The notes below the pieces were generated by a model that searched no databases, was not told where the DNA came from, and was given only the letters and a program-made list of their open reading frames with translations. 41,087 nt of DNA from a virus (Duplodnaviria; Caudoviricetes): the IMG/VR virus record IMGVR_UViG_3300037470_001281, positions 1 to 41,087 of that record. One strand, 5' to 3'. The position numbers and the translations under genes are program-made. Positions 19,845-27,748 of this stretch are shown piece after piece. Positions within the stretch are counted from its first letter, which is position 1; the number at the start of each line of letters is the position of its first letter.

Positions 19845-20629
19845 TGCCCGTCCCGACGGTCACCCTGAACGGCCTCCCGCTGCACCAGGTGGGCTTCATC
19901 GTCGCGGACGTCCCGCAGTTCCTGCAGATGCCGACCCGCGCCCCTGTGACGGCGCTGCTGCCGGGCCGCTTCGGCGGCCTGGTCCTCGACGCCAGCGGCA
20001 CCCAGCTCCGGGAGATGCTGATCGAGGGCGCCTTCGTCCGCGACACCGTCTCCCTCCGCGAGGCCGCCGAGGACACGCTCAAGGAGCGCCTGCTCGGCCA
20101 CCTCATCGAGGTCCGGGTCCGCCGCGCCGACGGGCAGGTGCGGGTCACCCATGGCGTCCTGAGTGGCGATGCCTCCCACGGCACCGTCGGCCCCCTCTTC
20201 CGCGCCCGCGGCTCGCGCCTGACCCTCCCCCTGGTCTGCCCCGACGCCACCTGGCGCGCGGAGGAGCCGGTGCTCCTCCCCCTCAGCGACACGCCCCAAG
20301 CCGTGCCCGCCTGGGGCGCTCCCACCGACGCGATCATCCGGGTCTACGGGCCCGGCACCGACTGCGCCCTGGAGTTCCGCACCGCCGGCGGCCTGGTGAC
20401 CACCGAGATGGCGCTCGGCTCCCTCGATGCGGACCAGTATCTGGAGATCGACGGCAGCGCGGAGACCCTGCTGGAGGTCACGGCCGGTGTGGTGGCCAAC
20501 GGCCTCTCCCGCCTGGGCGATGACCCCTTCCCCGAGTTCGGCCTCACCCCGCGCGACGGCGAGGGGCAGACCGTGACCCTCGTCGGTGGCGCCACGGGCG
20601 ATCTCTGGGCCTGGCCGAGGTGGACATGA
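19844..20629 (+). CDS. Distal tail (Dit)-like protein
   Basis: Directly after tape measure; VTLNG, LPGRFG, LVCPDA, YLEIDG, W-PRW terminus. Confidence 0.7.
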   Translation: MPVPTVTLNGLPLHQVGFIVADVPQFLQMPTRAPVTALLPGRFGGLVLDASGTQLREMLIEGAFVRDTVSLREAAEDTLKERLLGHLIEVRVRRADGQVRVTHGVLSGDASHGTVGPLFRARGSRLTLPLVCPDATWRAEEPVLLPLSDTPQAVPAWGAPTDAIIRVYGPGTDCALEFRTAGGLVTTEMALGSLDADQYLEIDGSAETLLEVTAGVVANGLSRLGDDPFPEFGLTPRDGEGQTVTLVGGATGDLWAWPRWT

Positions 20630-21396
20630 GCCGGCTCCCGACCAGGGCGGATACCCGGATCGAGCTGATCTCGCCGGCGCTCTTCAGCTGGGATGCGCGC
20701 GACCGCTCGCTCCGCGCCCGCACCGGCCACCTGCTCACCCACACCCGGGCGAGCAACAGCCTGATCACCACTACCGGTGGGGAGACGGTGGAGGTGGTGC
20801 ACTCCGCACCGGCCTGGTCGCTCTCTGGCGGCGCGATCGGGCTCCGCGTGGATCCGGCGGAGGGCAGCGACCTCCTCCCCGGCAGTGACCCCGTCGCCGA
20901 TCGGCTCGGCGACAGCCTCACCGGCACGATCTCCCCGCGCCTGCCCGTGGACGGCTCCGGCCTGGTCCGCTTCCACCGCGCCGGGTGGATGGACGAAGCC
21001 GGCACCCTCGACGCGGCGGTGCTGCTCGGCGTGGGTGGCACCAACCCCCGCCTTGTGCTCCATGCCCTCGCCGCCTCCCGGACGCTGCGGATCTCGCTGT
21101 ACGACAGCCTCGCCAACGAGGTCGGGGCCCAGATCGCCCTCCCCGCCGGCAGCGTCCTCGCCGTCGCGTTCCAGTGGCAGGCGCTCGACTCGGCGGGTGC
21201 GGTGCGCCTCGATGTCGGCGCCGGATACGGGAGCTGGTCCAGTGCCCTCGGCGGGGCGATCGCCGGCCTCGGTGACGGCGTCCTGAGCCTGGGCGATGCC
21301 GCCGATACCGCCGGCAGCCAGGCCGCGACCGCCCTCTGCCAGGTGCACCTCGCCGGCGGCCACCTCACCCGCGACCAACTCCTGGAGGCCGTGTGA
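20626..21396 (+). CDS. Minor tail protein, possibly LamG/ConA-like
   Basis: LTHTRAS N-terminal motif, beta-rich, C-terminal LTRDQL. Confidence 0.5.
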   Translation: MSRLPTRADTRIELISPALFSWDARDRSLRARTGHLLTHTRASNSLITTTGGETVEVVHSAPAWSLSGGAIGLRVDPAEGSDLLPGSDPVADRLGDSLTGTISPRLPVDGSGLVRFHRAGWMDEAGTLDAAVLLGVGGTNPRLVLHALAASRTLRISLYDSLANEVGAQIALPAGSVLAVAFQWQALDSAGAVRLDVGAGYGSWSSALGGAIAGLGDGVLSLGDAADTAGSQAATALCQVHLAGGHLTRDQLLEAV

Positions 21397-21755
21397 GCCC
21401 CTCCTCCCCGATCGCCCGGGTGGAGTGGCCCGGGTGGCAGGGCGCCCTGCGGCGGGCCCTCTGGCCGCACCTCGGCAAACTGGTGGTCGCCTGCGCCGCC
21501 ATGATCGTGGTATCGAGCTGGTCGTTCATGCGCACGATGATCGCCATGCCGCGCCACCAGGTGGAGCTCCGCGCCGACGTGGATTCGGTCCGGGCCCTGG
21601 CCACGCGGACCGCAATGGAAGTGACCGAGATCAGCGAGGCGTTCTGGATCCGGGTCGCGATGGACTGCCTGGCCCTCGATCAGTCGGATTCGGTGTTCGT
21701 GATGACGCGGCTGCCGTGCGGGAAAGCCTACTTCCGCAGCGGGATCCGGCGATGA
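21393..21755 (+). CDS. Single-TM protein (holin/antiholin candidate)
   Basis: One TM helix, coiled-coil-like segment, Cys pair in the C-terminal part; upstream of endolysin. Confidence 0.55.
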   Translation: MSPSSPIARVEWPGWQGALRRALWPHLGKLVVACAAMIVVSSWSFMRTMIAMPRHQVELRADVDSVRALATRTAMEVTEISEAFWIRVAMDCLALDQSDSVFVMTRLPCGKAYFRSGIRR

Positions 21756-21874
21756 GAGCCAAGCGGACGACCCGCCAGGCCCGGACCAACCCGGCGCTGC
21801 GCGAGAAGCGGGCCCAGGACACCAAGCGCGCCACGCGGAACGCCCGCCGGCGCGACCAGCGGAGGAAGCCATGA
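21752..21874 (+). CDS. Highly basic 40-aa peptide (MRAKRTTRQARTNPALREKRAQDTKRATRNARRRDQRRKP)
   Basis: ATGA overlaps at both ends; 13 Arg + 4 Lys versus 3 acidic residues. Confidence 0.6.
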   Translation: MRAKRTTRQARTNPALREKRAQDTKRATRNARRRDQRRKP

Positions 21875-22359
21875 TCGCCCTCACCCCCCAGACGGCTGTG
21901 CTCAACCTGGCCAACGCCCTGCTGTTCATGCGCGAGATCAACGGCTCCAACCGCTCGGAGCTCATTGACGAGATGATCCGCCGCACGGGCCTCGACCCCA
22001 CCCAGCGCCTGCCCTGGTGCGCGGCGGCGGTAGCGTGGATCGGCTACGGCGCCCTGCGGAAGCAGTGGCCGCTCAAGAAGGTGGCCGGCTGCGTCTCGCT
22101 CTTCGATGACGCGCAGGCGAAGGGCCTGGTGCGCACCACCCCGGCGCCGGGCGCGGTGTTCCTCCAGTGGCGCCGCGACAAGGGGCGCTTCGCGCACACC
22201 GGGTTCGTCGTGGGCGAGGCGGCCGGGGTCGGCAGCTGGGAGACGCTGGAGGGGAACACCAACGAAGCGGGCCACCCGGACGGCGTGGGCGCCTTCGCGC
22301 GCACCCGACGGTTCGGACCCCAGGACCGCTTCATCCACTGGTGGGAAGAATCCTCATGA
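21871..22359 (+). CDS. Endolysin, CHAP domain
   Basis: PWCAAAV (Cys), HTGFV (His), LEGNT motifs. Confidence 0.9.
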   Translation: MIALTPQTAVLNLANALLFMREINGSNRSELIDEMIRRTGLDPTQRLPWCAAAVAWIGYGALRKQWPLKKVAGCVSLFDDAQAKGLVRTTPAPGAVFLQWRRDKGRFAHTGFVVGEAAGVGSWETLEGNTNEAGHPDGVGAFARTRRFGPQDRFIHWWEESS

Positions 22360-22931
22360 GCAACCTCCACTGGTGGCATCCATCGGCACGGCTCTGGAAT
22401 ACCCTCTCCAATCTGGCCTACCCCCTGGTGGGGTGGCTGGCCCAGCAGCATGTCGGGTCGATGGAGGCGGTGGTGGTGGCGCTCGCCCTGACGTATCTGG
22501 GTGTCACGTCCGGCGGCTATCACTGGTTCGGGGGCAAGCGCTGGCAGGCGGCGGATTGGTCTGGGATGTACGCGATCTTCGGGGCCCTGGCGCCGTGGCT
22601 CCTGATCGCCCCGTTCGCGGATGAGCTCTCGATTCCCCTCTGGGTCTTCATGGCGCTCTGTAGCGTGGCCGCAGCGACCCTGTTGTCTTGGCGCTTCCGA
22701 CAGGTCGGGACGAACGGGCTTCTGGCGGTCTTGCTCGTGCTGGCACTGGTGCCCGCGTTCGGGAACGGGGACCGGCTGATGGTCGGCGTAGCCCTCGGGT
22801 GGTTCCTGGTGGGGATGGGCGTCTGGCAGCTCGACCAGCGGACCGCGCTGCTGGGGTACTGGGGCCACGCCGCGTGGCACGGCGCGACGGCGTTGGCGTT
22901 CGGGGCGCTCTTTCTCGCGGGGGTTGCATGA
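22356..22931 (+). CDS. CREST-superfamily (alkaline ceramidase-like) multi-TM Zn hydrolase, 191 aa
   Basis: WNTLSNL, SGGYH (SxxxH), AADW (Asp), W..D, HAAWH (HxxxH); about 7 hydrophobic segments. Confidence 0.8.
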   Translation: MSNLHWWHPSARLWNTLSNLAYPLVGWLAQQHVGSMEAVVVALALTYLGVTSGGYHWFGGKRWQAADWSGMYAIFGALAPWLLIAPFADELSIPLWVFMALCSVAAATLLSWRFRQVGTNGLLAVLLVLALVPAFGNGDRLMVGVALGWFLVGMGVWQLDQRTALLGYWGHAAWHGATALAFGALFLAGVA

Positions 22932-22984
22932 TCGGCGCCTTCGTCCGGTTCAATGCGGGCTCAAACCTTTCTCCGAGGTGTCTC

Positions 22985-23410
22985 ATGAGGCTGTCCATTC
23001 CGAATCCGCGGCGGGTCATCGCGGCGCTGACGCTCCTGCTCCCGCTCGTCGCGCTCACGGCGGCCGTGCTGGTGGCGCAGGACACGGTGACGGTCGTGGC
23101 CGAGCAGAGTGTGCCCGGGAGCCTGGCCGAGCTGCTGACCGCCTACCAGCTCGGGATCGCGACGCTGCTCGGCTCGGCGATCGTCTACCTCCTGGCCAAG
23201 CACACGGCGTTTTCGACCAAGAGTGACCGGGTCAAGCGAGGCTCCTACCTGGCTGCGGCACTCCTGGTGACCGTCGCCCTGAAGCTGGCTGGCGGAACGC
23301 TCTCGCCCGACCTCGAGAGCTTCGTCGTGACCGGACTCCAGACCCTCGTGTCCACCGTCACCGGTGCCGGCGTGTACGCGATGGGCAAGAGCCAGCCCGG
23401 TAACGCCTGA
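22985..23410 (+). CDS. Holin-like membrane protein
   Basis: GAGGTG RBS; 3-4 hydrophobic helices, GAGVYAMGK C-terminus; in lysis block. Confidence 0.6.
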   Translation: MRLSIPNPRRVIAALTLLLPLVALTAAVLVAQDTVTVVAEQSVPGSLAELLTAYQLGIATLLGSAIVYLLAKHTAFSTKSDRVKRGSYLAAALLVTVALKLAGGTLSPDLESFVVTGLQTLVSTVTGAGVYAMGKSQPGNA

Positions 23411-23435
23411 TGCTCCCCCGCCCATGGAGGTCCTG

Positions 23436-24872
23436 ATGTTGCTCACGACCGAGCGACGGGTGCGCCCCTCGCTCATCGGCCTGCTCCTGGTCACCATCCT
23501 CGCGCTGCTGAGCAGCTGCCTGCCCACCACCCTGGCGGCGCAGCTGCCGATCTGCGCGTCCGGCACCAGCCCGTTTACGCTGACGGGCGGCGTGGGGTAC
23601 GAGGTTCGCCGGGGCGACGACTCGACCGTGGTGAGCAGCCACACCACCATCCACGTCGCCCTCGGCGTCGCGCTGGTCTGGCAGACGGCGTACCCCGGCA
23701 TTGCGTTCACCGTCTGGCCGCCCGTGACGGCGCACTGGCGTATCACCTGCGTGGTGGGCGCGCCCATCGTCCTGCCGCCGCTCCCGCCACCGCCACCACC
23801 GCCGCCCGTGGACACGACGCCTCCGCCGCCGCCCTTCACGCTGAGCCGGGTGATCACGGAGGCGGATGTGCGGGAGGTCGCGGGCGGGATCCTGTCGGTG
23901 ATGATCCAGGTGCATCGGCTCTCGGGTGAGGTGGTGGCGGGGATCCCGACCACCTGGACCGTCGAGGTGGGCGGCGGCATGGGCGAGCAGGCGGAGCGGT
24001 CGCTGACGCTGATGACCGACGGGGCCGGTCGCGCGCAGACGAGCTGGTCGCTGACCGCGGACGTGGAGAACCGCCTGCGCATCACCGCCGACAGCGCACT
24101 CGACCGCCTGGTGCGCTGGCCAGGGACCCCACCTCCGCCACCGCCCGCTACCCCGGTCTACGAGATCCTGTTGTTTACTGACCCGCCGCCGAGTGGCGAT
24201 GTGCAAACCATCACGATCGCGGTGCAGCGGATCAGTGATGGCCGGCGGGAACTGGATCGCGCGGTACGCTGGCTCAGTGAGTCGGGCAGTGGCATTGGCT
24301 CCCCGCCCCTGCCGGATGTGACGCTGACCACCGGGACGGGTGGGCACATCGTCGCCCCCTGGACCACCGTGCCGGGCGTGGTGAATCGGGTGCGCGCGCG
24401 GACGGACAGCGCGGCCGAGCTGGTGGTGACTCGGGACCGTCGCGTGACGGAGACACCGCCTCCCGCGACATCGATCGCGGCGGTGGATGGCCTGGTGGTG
24501 GCGGTGCGCCTGGTGGCGGATTCGGTCGAGGCCGACATCCGATGGACACCCGCCACGAGCTGGCAGGCGGGCGACAGCGTGCGGATCAGCGGGACTCTTG
24601 GGGCCATTGTGGGCACGCTGGTAGACACCGCCCTGGCACCCGATGCGGAATCGATCCTGATCAGGCGGCCGTTCGATTCCGCGGGTGGACAGTTCATCTG
24701 TGCCCGCTTTATCCAGAGCGTGGCGGCCGTCCGAACCGCGGGGGCGGGGCGGGCGGTCTACGGCGAGGTGGCCGGGTGGCAGGGGTCGCTCCGTGTGCGT
24801 GGTCCTCAGTGGGAGGAGGGCGTGCCGAGTTGCGTCGGCTATGACCTGCCCTCCCCCGGGACCAACGAGTGA
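23436..24872 (+). CDS. Exported/lipoprotein with poly-Pro linkers and two Ig-like (Big_1-like) repeats
   Basis: Signal peptide with LSSC lipobox (or AAQ signal peptidase I site); repeats TLMTDGAGRAQTSWSL..NRLRITADSA and TLTTGTGGHIVAPWTT..NRVRARTDSA. Confidence 0.65.
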   Translation: MLLTTERRVRPSLIGLLLVTILALLSSCLPTTLAAQLPICASGTSPFTLTGGVGYEVRRGDDSTVVSSHTTIHVALGVALVWQTAYPGIAFTVWPPVTAHWRITCVVGAPIVLPPLPPPPPPPPVDTTPPPPPFTLSRVITEADVREVAGGILSVMIQVHRLSGEVVAGIPTTWTVEVGGGMGEQAERSLTLMTDGAGRAQTSWSLTADVENRLRITADSALDRLVRWPGTPPPPPPATPVYEILLFTDPPPSGDVQTITIAVQRISDGRRELDRAVRWLSESGSGIGSPPLPDVTLTTGTGGHIVAPWTTVPGVVNRVRARTDSAAELVVTRDRRVTETPPPATSIAAVDGLVVAVRLVADSVEADIRWTPATSWQAGDSVRISGTLGAIVGTLVDTALAPDAESILIRRPFDSAGGQFICARFIQSVAAVRTAGAGRAVYGEVAGWQGSLRVRGPQWEEGVPSCVGYDLPSPGTNE

Positions 24873-24970
24873 GGGCCCCGCGACGGTGGGTGGTGCCGCT
24901 CCTGGCGCTCCTGATCTTCCTGGCGGGACTGCTGACGGCGGTGTTCGGCCACGCGGGGCACCGGCATTGA
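24869..24970 (+). CDS. Single-TM micro-protein (33 aa, MRAPRRWVVPLLALLIFLAGLLTAVFGHAGHRH)
   Basis: Hand translation; GTGA/TTGA overlaps at both ends. Confidence 0.6.
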   Translation: MRAPRRWVVPLLALLIFLAGLLTAVFGHAGHRH

Positions 24971-25500
24971 CGGACGCCGAGGTCGCGGCGCTCTACCGCG
25001 AGTTGGGGTCCCGGCCCGCCGTGGCCCGGGCGCTGGGTCGGCCGGAAAGCTGGGTCCGGCGCGCCCTGGGCCGGGCAGGGCAGCAACCGTTTCCCAAGTG
25101 TGACGCGCGGGCCCGGCGATACGACGATCTGAACTGGGCGGCGCTGTACCGGGAACACGGTAGCTACCGCCAGGTGGCCCGGGCCGTTCGGTGTGATCCC
25201 GCCACGGCCCTGAACCGACTGATTGCGGCGGGGGTGCACTTGGGCGGCCGAATCCCGCCCCGGTTCGATCCGGCGGCAGCGTCCCGGGTGGCCCGCTTTG
25301 CACGGAGCTACGGGATCAAGGACACCGCACAGACGATGGGGTGCAGTGTCCACGCGGTGCGCACGGCGATACGGCGGGTTGACGGTGCGGTCGGGGAACC
25401 GAGCCAACGGTTACCCCGTCCCGCGGGTGTGATGTCGCGAAAGACCGTGCTGCGGCGTCTCCGCCGGGCGGAACGGGACGCGCGATGGGCGGAGGAATGA
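24967..25500 (+). CDS. Tandem-HTH DNA-binding protein
   Basis: Repeats AALYRELGSRPAVARALG / AALYREHGSYRQVARAVR / ARSYGIKDTAQTMGCS; TTG start coupled to upstream stop. Confidence 0.65.
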   Translation: MTDAEVAALYRELGSRPAVARALGRPESWVRRALGRAGQQPFPKCDARARRYDDLNWAALYREHGSYRQVARAVRCDPATALNRLIAAGVHLGGRIPPRFDPAAASRVARFARSYGIKDTAQTMGCSVHAVRTAIRRVDGAVGEPSQRLPRPAGVMSRKTVLRRLRRAERDARWAEE

Positions 25501-25586
25501 CCGACACGGACCGGGCGGTGGCGCGGAGCCTCCGCCGGCTGCGGCAGCGTGGGATCTACACTGGACCGAAGGAGTCGACGAGATGA
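25497..25586 (+). CDS. Possible 29-aa micro-ORF (MTDTDRAVARSLRRLRQRGIYTGPKESTR)
   Basis: ATGA overlaps at both ends, GGAGG upstream. Confidence 0.4.
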   Translation: MTDTDRAVARSLRRLRQRGIYTGPKESTR

Positions 25587-26977
25587 CCGCACCCCTCCTG
25601 GCCAACCGCGTCGCGGAGATCTGGACCGGCACCGGCACCGGCACCATCGCGCCCGGGGGCGCCCTGACGGGCGGCTACCGCGCCTGGGAGGACGCCTTCG
25701 CCGTGGGGGATGAGGTCCGCTACGTCATCGCGCACCGCAGCGCCCTCGAGTACGAGATCGGGATCGGCACGATCGGCGCCGGCAGCACGCTCAGCCGCGA
25801 CACCATCGTCGAGAGCAGCAACGCCGACGCGCTGGTGTCCTTCTCCGCCGGCGAGAAGGACGTCTTCTGTGCGCTCGACGCGGTGACACTGATGGGGATC
25901 GGGATCCAGCGGCTGGATGTCCAGGTCGTCACCACCCTGCTGGCGATCGGCGACGTCTACGAGGCCGCGGTGACCGACTTCGGCCGCTTCTTCCGGCTGC
26001 TCAAGTTCACCGCCCAGGCCGACCGCGGAGCATGGATCCGCCTCTACGGCTCCGCGGCGGACCGGACGGCGGATGTGCGGACCGACCCCACGGTGGCCGT
26101 GACGACCGAGGCGGTGCTCGCCGAGGCGGTGCTCTATGACACCGACCTGGTGGCCGAGGCGCCCGCCGGCGTGCACGGCATCGGGGTCTTCCTCGACAAC
26201 ACCGAGTCGCCCCAGCTGGGCCGGCTCTTCGTGCGGATCACCCGGCTGGATGAGACGGGGGGCACGACGCCGCCCACCACCCTCTTCGGGGATGACCTGG
26301 CCAACCCGAGCCCCGGCAGCGGGGATGTGGATCTGGACTCCCGCAGTCCTTCCGATCCCGATGATCCGGCGTTCGACTGGGAGTACGAGGGAGTCAGTGA
26401 CGACTGGCAGGTCTGGTCCTTCGGTGGGGCGTTCAAGAACGGGTCCTCCTCTGTGGCCCGAACCGATATCGACATCCTGGGCGACGACTTTGAGCTCCGG
26501 TTCTCGTTGTTCATCCTGGCGGTCCCCACCTCATGCACAGCCGAGGTGCTCTTCAACGTCCCCGACACCGCCCTCGGCTCCTGGAATGGGCGGGACTATC
26601 TCGTGGTGCGGGCCAGCGCCCCCGATCTGGGTGTCGCCCTCCTCTACATCGATGGCAGCGGCGTGACAAACACCCTGGCCACCGACACCCTCACGGGCTG
26701 GGGTCCGTCGGCGGTCCGCTACTTCCGGCTCCGGCGTCAGGGTGGGACGGTGACCGTCTGGGTGGCCACCCAGTCCGACCGCAGCGACGAGACTGTCCTG
26801 TTCGACGCGATCACGGTGCCGGACCTCACCGCCCAGGCGCGCATCGCCCTGGACACGACCGGGTTCATGGGCAGCGGTGGCATGGTGCCGTCCGATGTGT
26901 TCTGGCAAGACCTCGCCGACCCCGCCGCCGTCGACACCCTGACTCTCGCCGTCCTCGGCGATCGCCTCGCGGCGTAA
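25583..26977 (+). CDS. Tail fibre / receptor-binding protein
   Basis: N-terminal phage tail domain pattern (NRVAE..TGTGTI...EIGIGT..TLSRDT..SSN..LVSFSAGEKDVF); C-terminal beta-sandwich-like region. Confidence 0.75.
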   Translation: MTAPLLANRVAEIWTGTGTGTIAPGGALTGGYRAWEDAFAVGDEVRYVIAHRSALEYEIGIGTIGAGSTLSRDTIVESSNADALVSFSAGEKDVFCALDAVTLMGIGIQRLDVQVVTTLLAIGDVYEAAVTDFGRFFRLLKFTAQADRGAWIRLYGSAADRTADVRTDPTVAVTTEAVLAEAVLYDTDLVAEAPAGVHGIGVFLDNTESPQLGRLFVRITRLDETGGTTPPTTLFGDDLANPSPGSGDVDLDSRSPSDPDDPAFDWEYEGVSDDWQVWSFGGAFKNGSSSVARTDIDILGDDFELRFSLFILAVPTSCTAEVLFNVPDTALGSWNGRDYLVVRASAPDLGVALLYIDGSGVTNTLATDTLTGWGPSAVRYFRLRRQGGTVTVWVATQSDRSDETVLFDAITVPDLTAQARIALDTTGFMGSGGMVPSDVFWQDLADPAAVDTLTLAVLGDRLAA

Positions 26978-26986
26978 GGAGCGATC

Positions 26987-27745
26987 ATGAGCGCCGGATG
27001 GAAGTGGCCGCTGGCGGCGGAGGGCGGGGTCGCTGTCCCGGACCCGTCTGCCCTGGCCGACAACAAGTGGCTGAAGACGACGGGCGGGGTGTGGGTGTCC
27101 ACGGACGCGCCGAGCGGGGGGGGGGACCTCGGCCTTCTGGCCGCCGTTGCGCCCCCGTCCTCGCCAGACGCCGAGGACGAGGAGTTCGCGTCCACCGATG
27201 GCCTGACGTGGGTCAACCAGGGCACCTCGACCGTGACCTACGCCGAGAGCTGCATGGTGCTCTCCATTGGCAGCGCCGGTGGGGGGACCGGGCGGTTCAA
27301 GTCGCTCTCGGGGTCCGACTGGACCTATCGGGCGCATCTGTGGCAGCTGGCCCCGAACCTCGACATCACGCGCTTCATGAACCTGGCGCTCCGTGAGTCG
27401 GCGACCGGAAAGCTCACCACGATTGGCCTAGCCCGTCGGGGGGGACCGCTCACGTCGGTCTCTGTGGCGCACTGGACGGACATTACCACCTTCTCCAGCT
27501 ACGCCGCGAACATCGACCTGGTGGAGACGTACGCCCATAATCGCCCGATCTTTGTGGAGGTGCGCAAGAGTGGCTCCACGCTGAGCTTCCACTACCGCTG
27601 GGGCTGGGGCGGTCCGTTTGTGCAGGTGGCCAGCCATGCCCTCACCACGCATTTCACGACCGCGCCTGATCAGATCGGGTTTAGCATGTTTCAGGTCACC
27701 GTGGCGGCGGTCGGGGTGGCGGACTTTCTCCGCAAGATCGCCTAA
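26987..27745 (+). CDS. Minor tail / receptor-binding protein with ConA-like domain
   Basis: DEEF...LTWVN, FVEVRKSGSTLSFHY, PDQIG, ADFLR pattern. Confidence 0.6.
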   Translation: MSAGWKWPLAAEGGVAVPDPSALADNKWLKTTGGVWVSTDAPSGGGDLGLLAAVAPPSSPDAEDEEFASTDGLTWVNQGTSTVTYAESCMVLSIGSAGGGTGRFKSLSGSDWTYRAHLWQLAPNLDITRFMNLALRESATGKLTTIGLARRGGPLTSVSVAHWTDITTFSSYAANIDLVETYAHNRPIFVEVRKSGSTLSFHYRWGWGGPFVQVASHALTTHFTTAPDQIGFSMFQVTVAAVGVADFLRKIA

Positions 27746-27748
27746 CCC

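Noticed and set aside
17660-20299. Long minus-strand ORFs (also 5043-6698, 9447-11420, 27428-29674, 36260-38194)
   Set aside because: Shadow frames of high-GC + strand genes; no motifs
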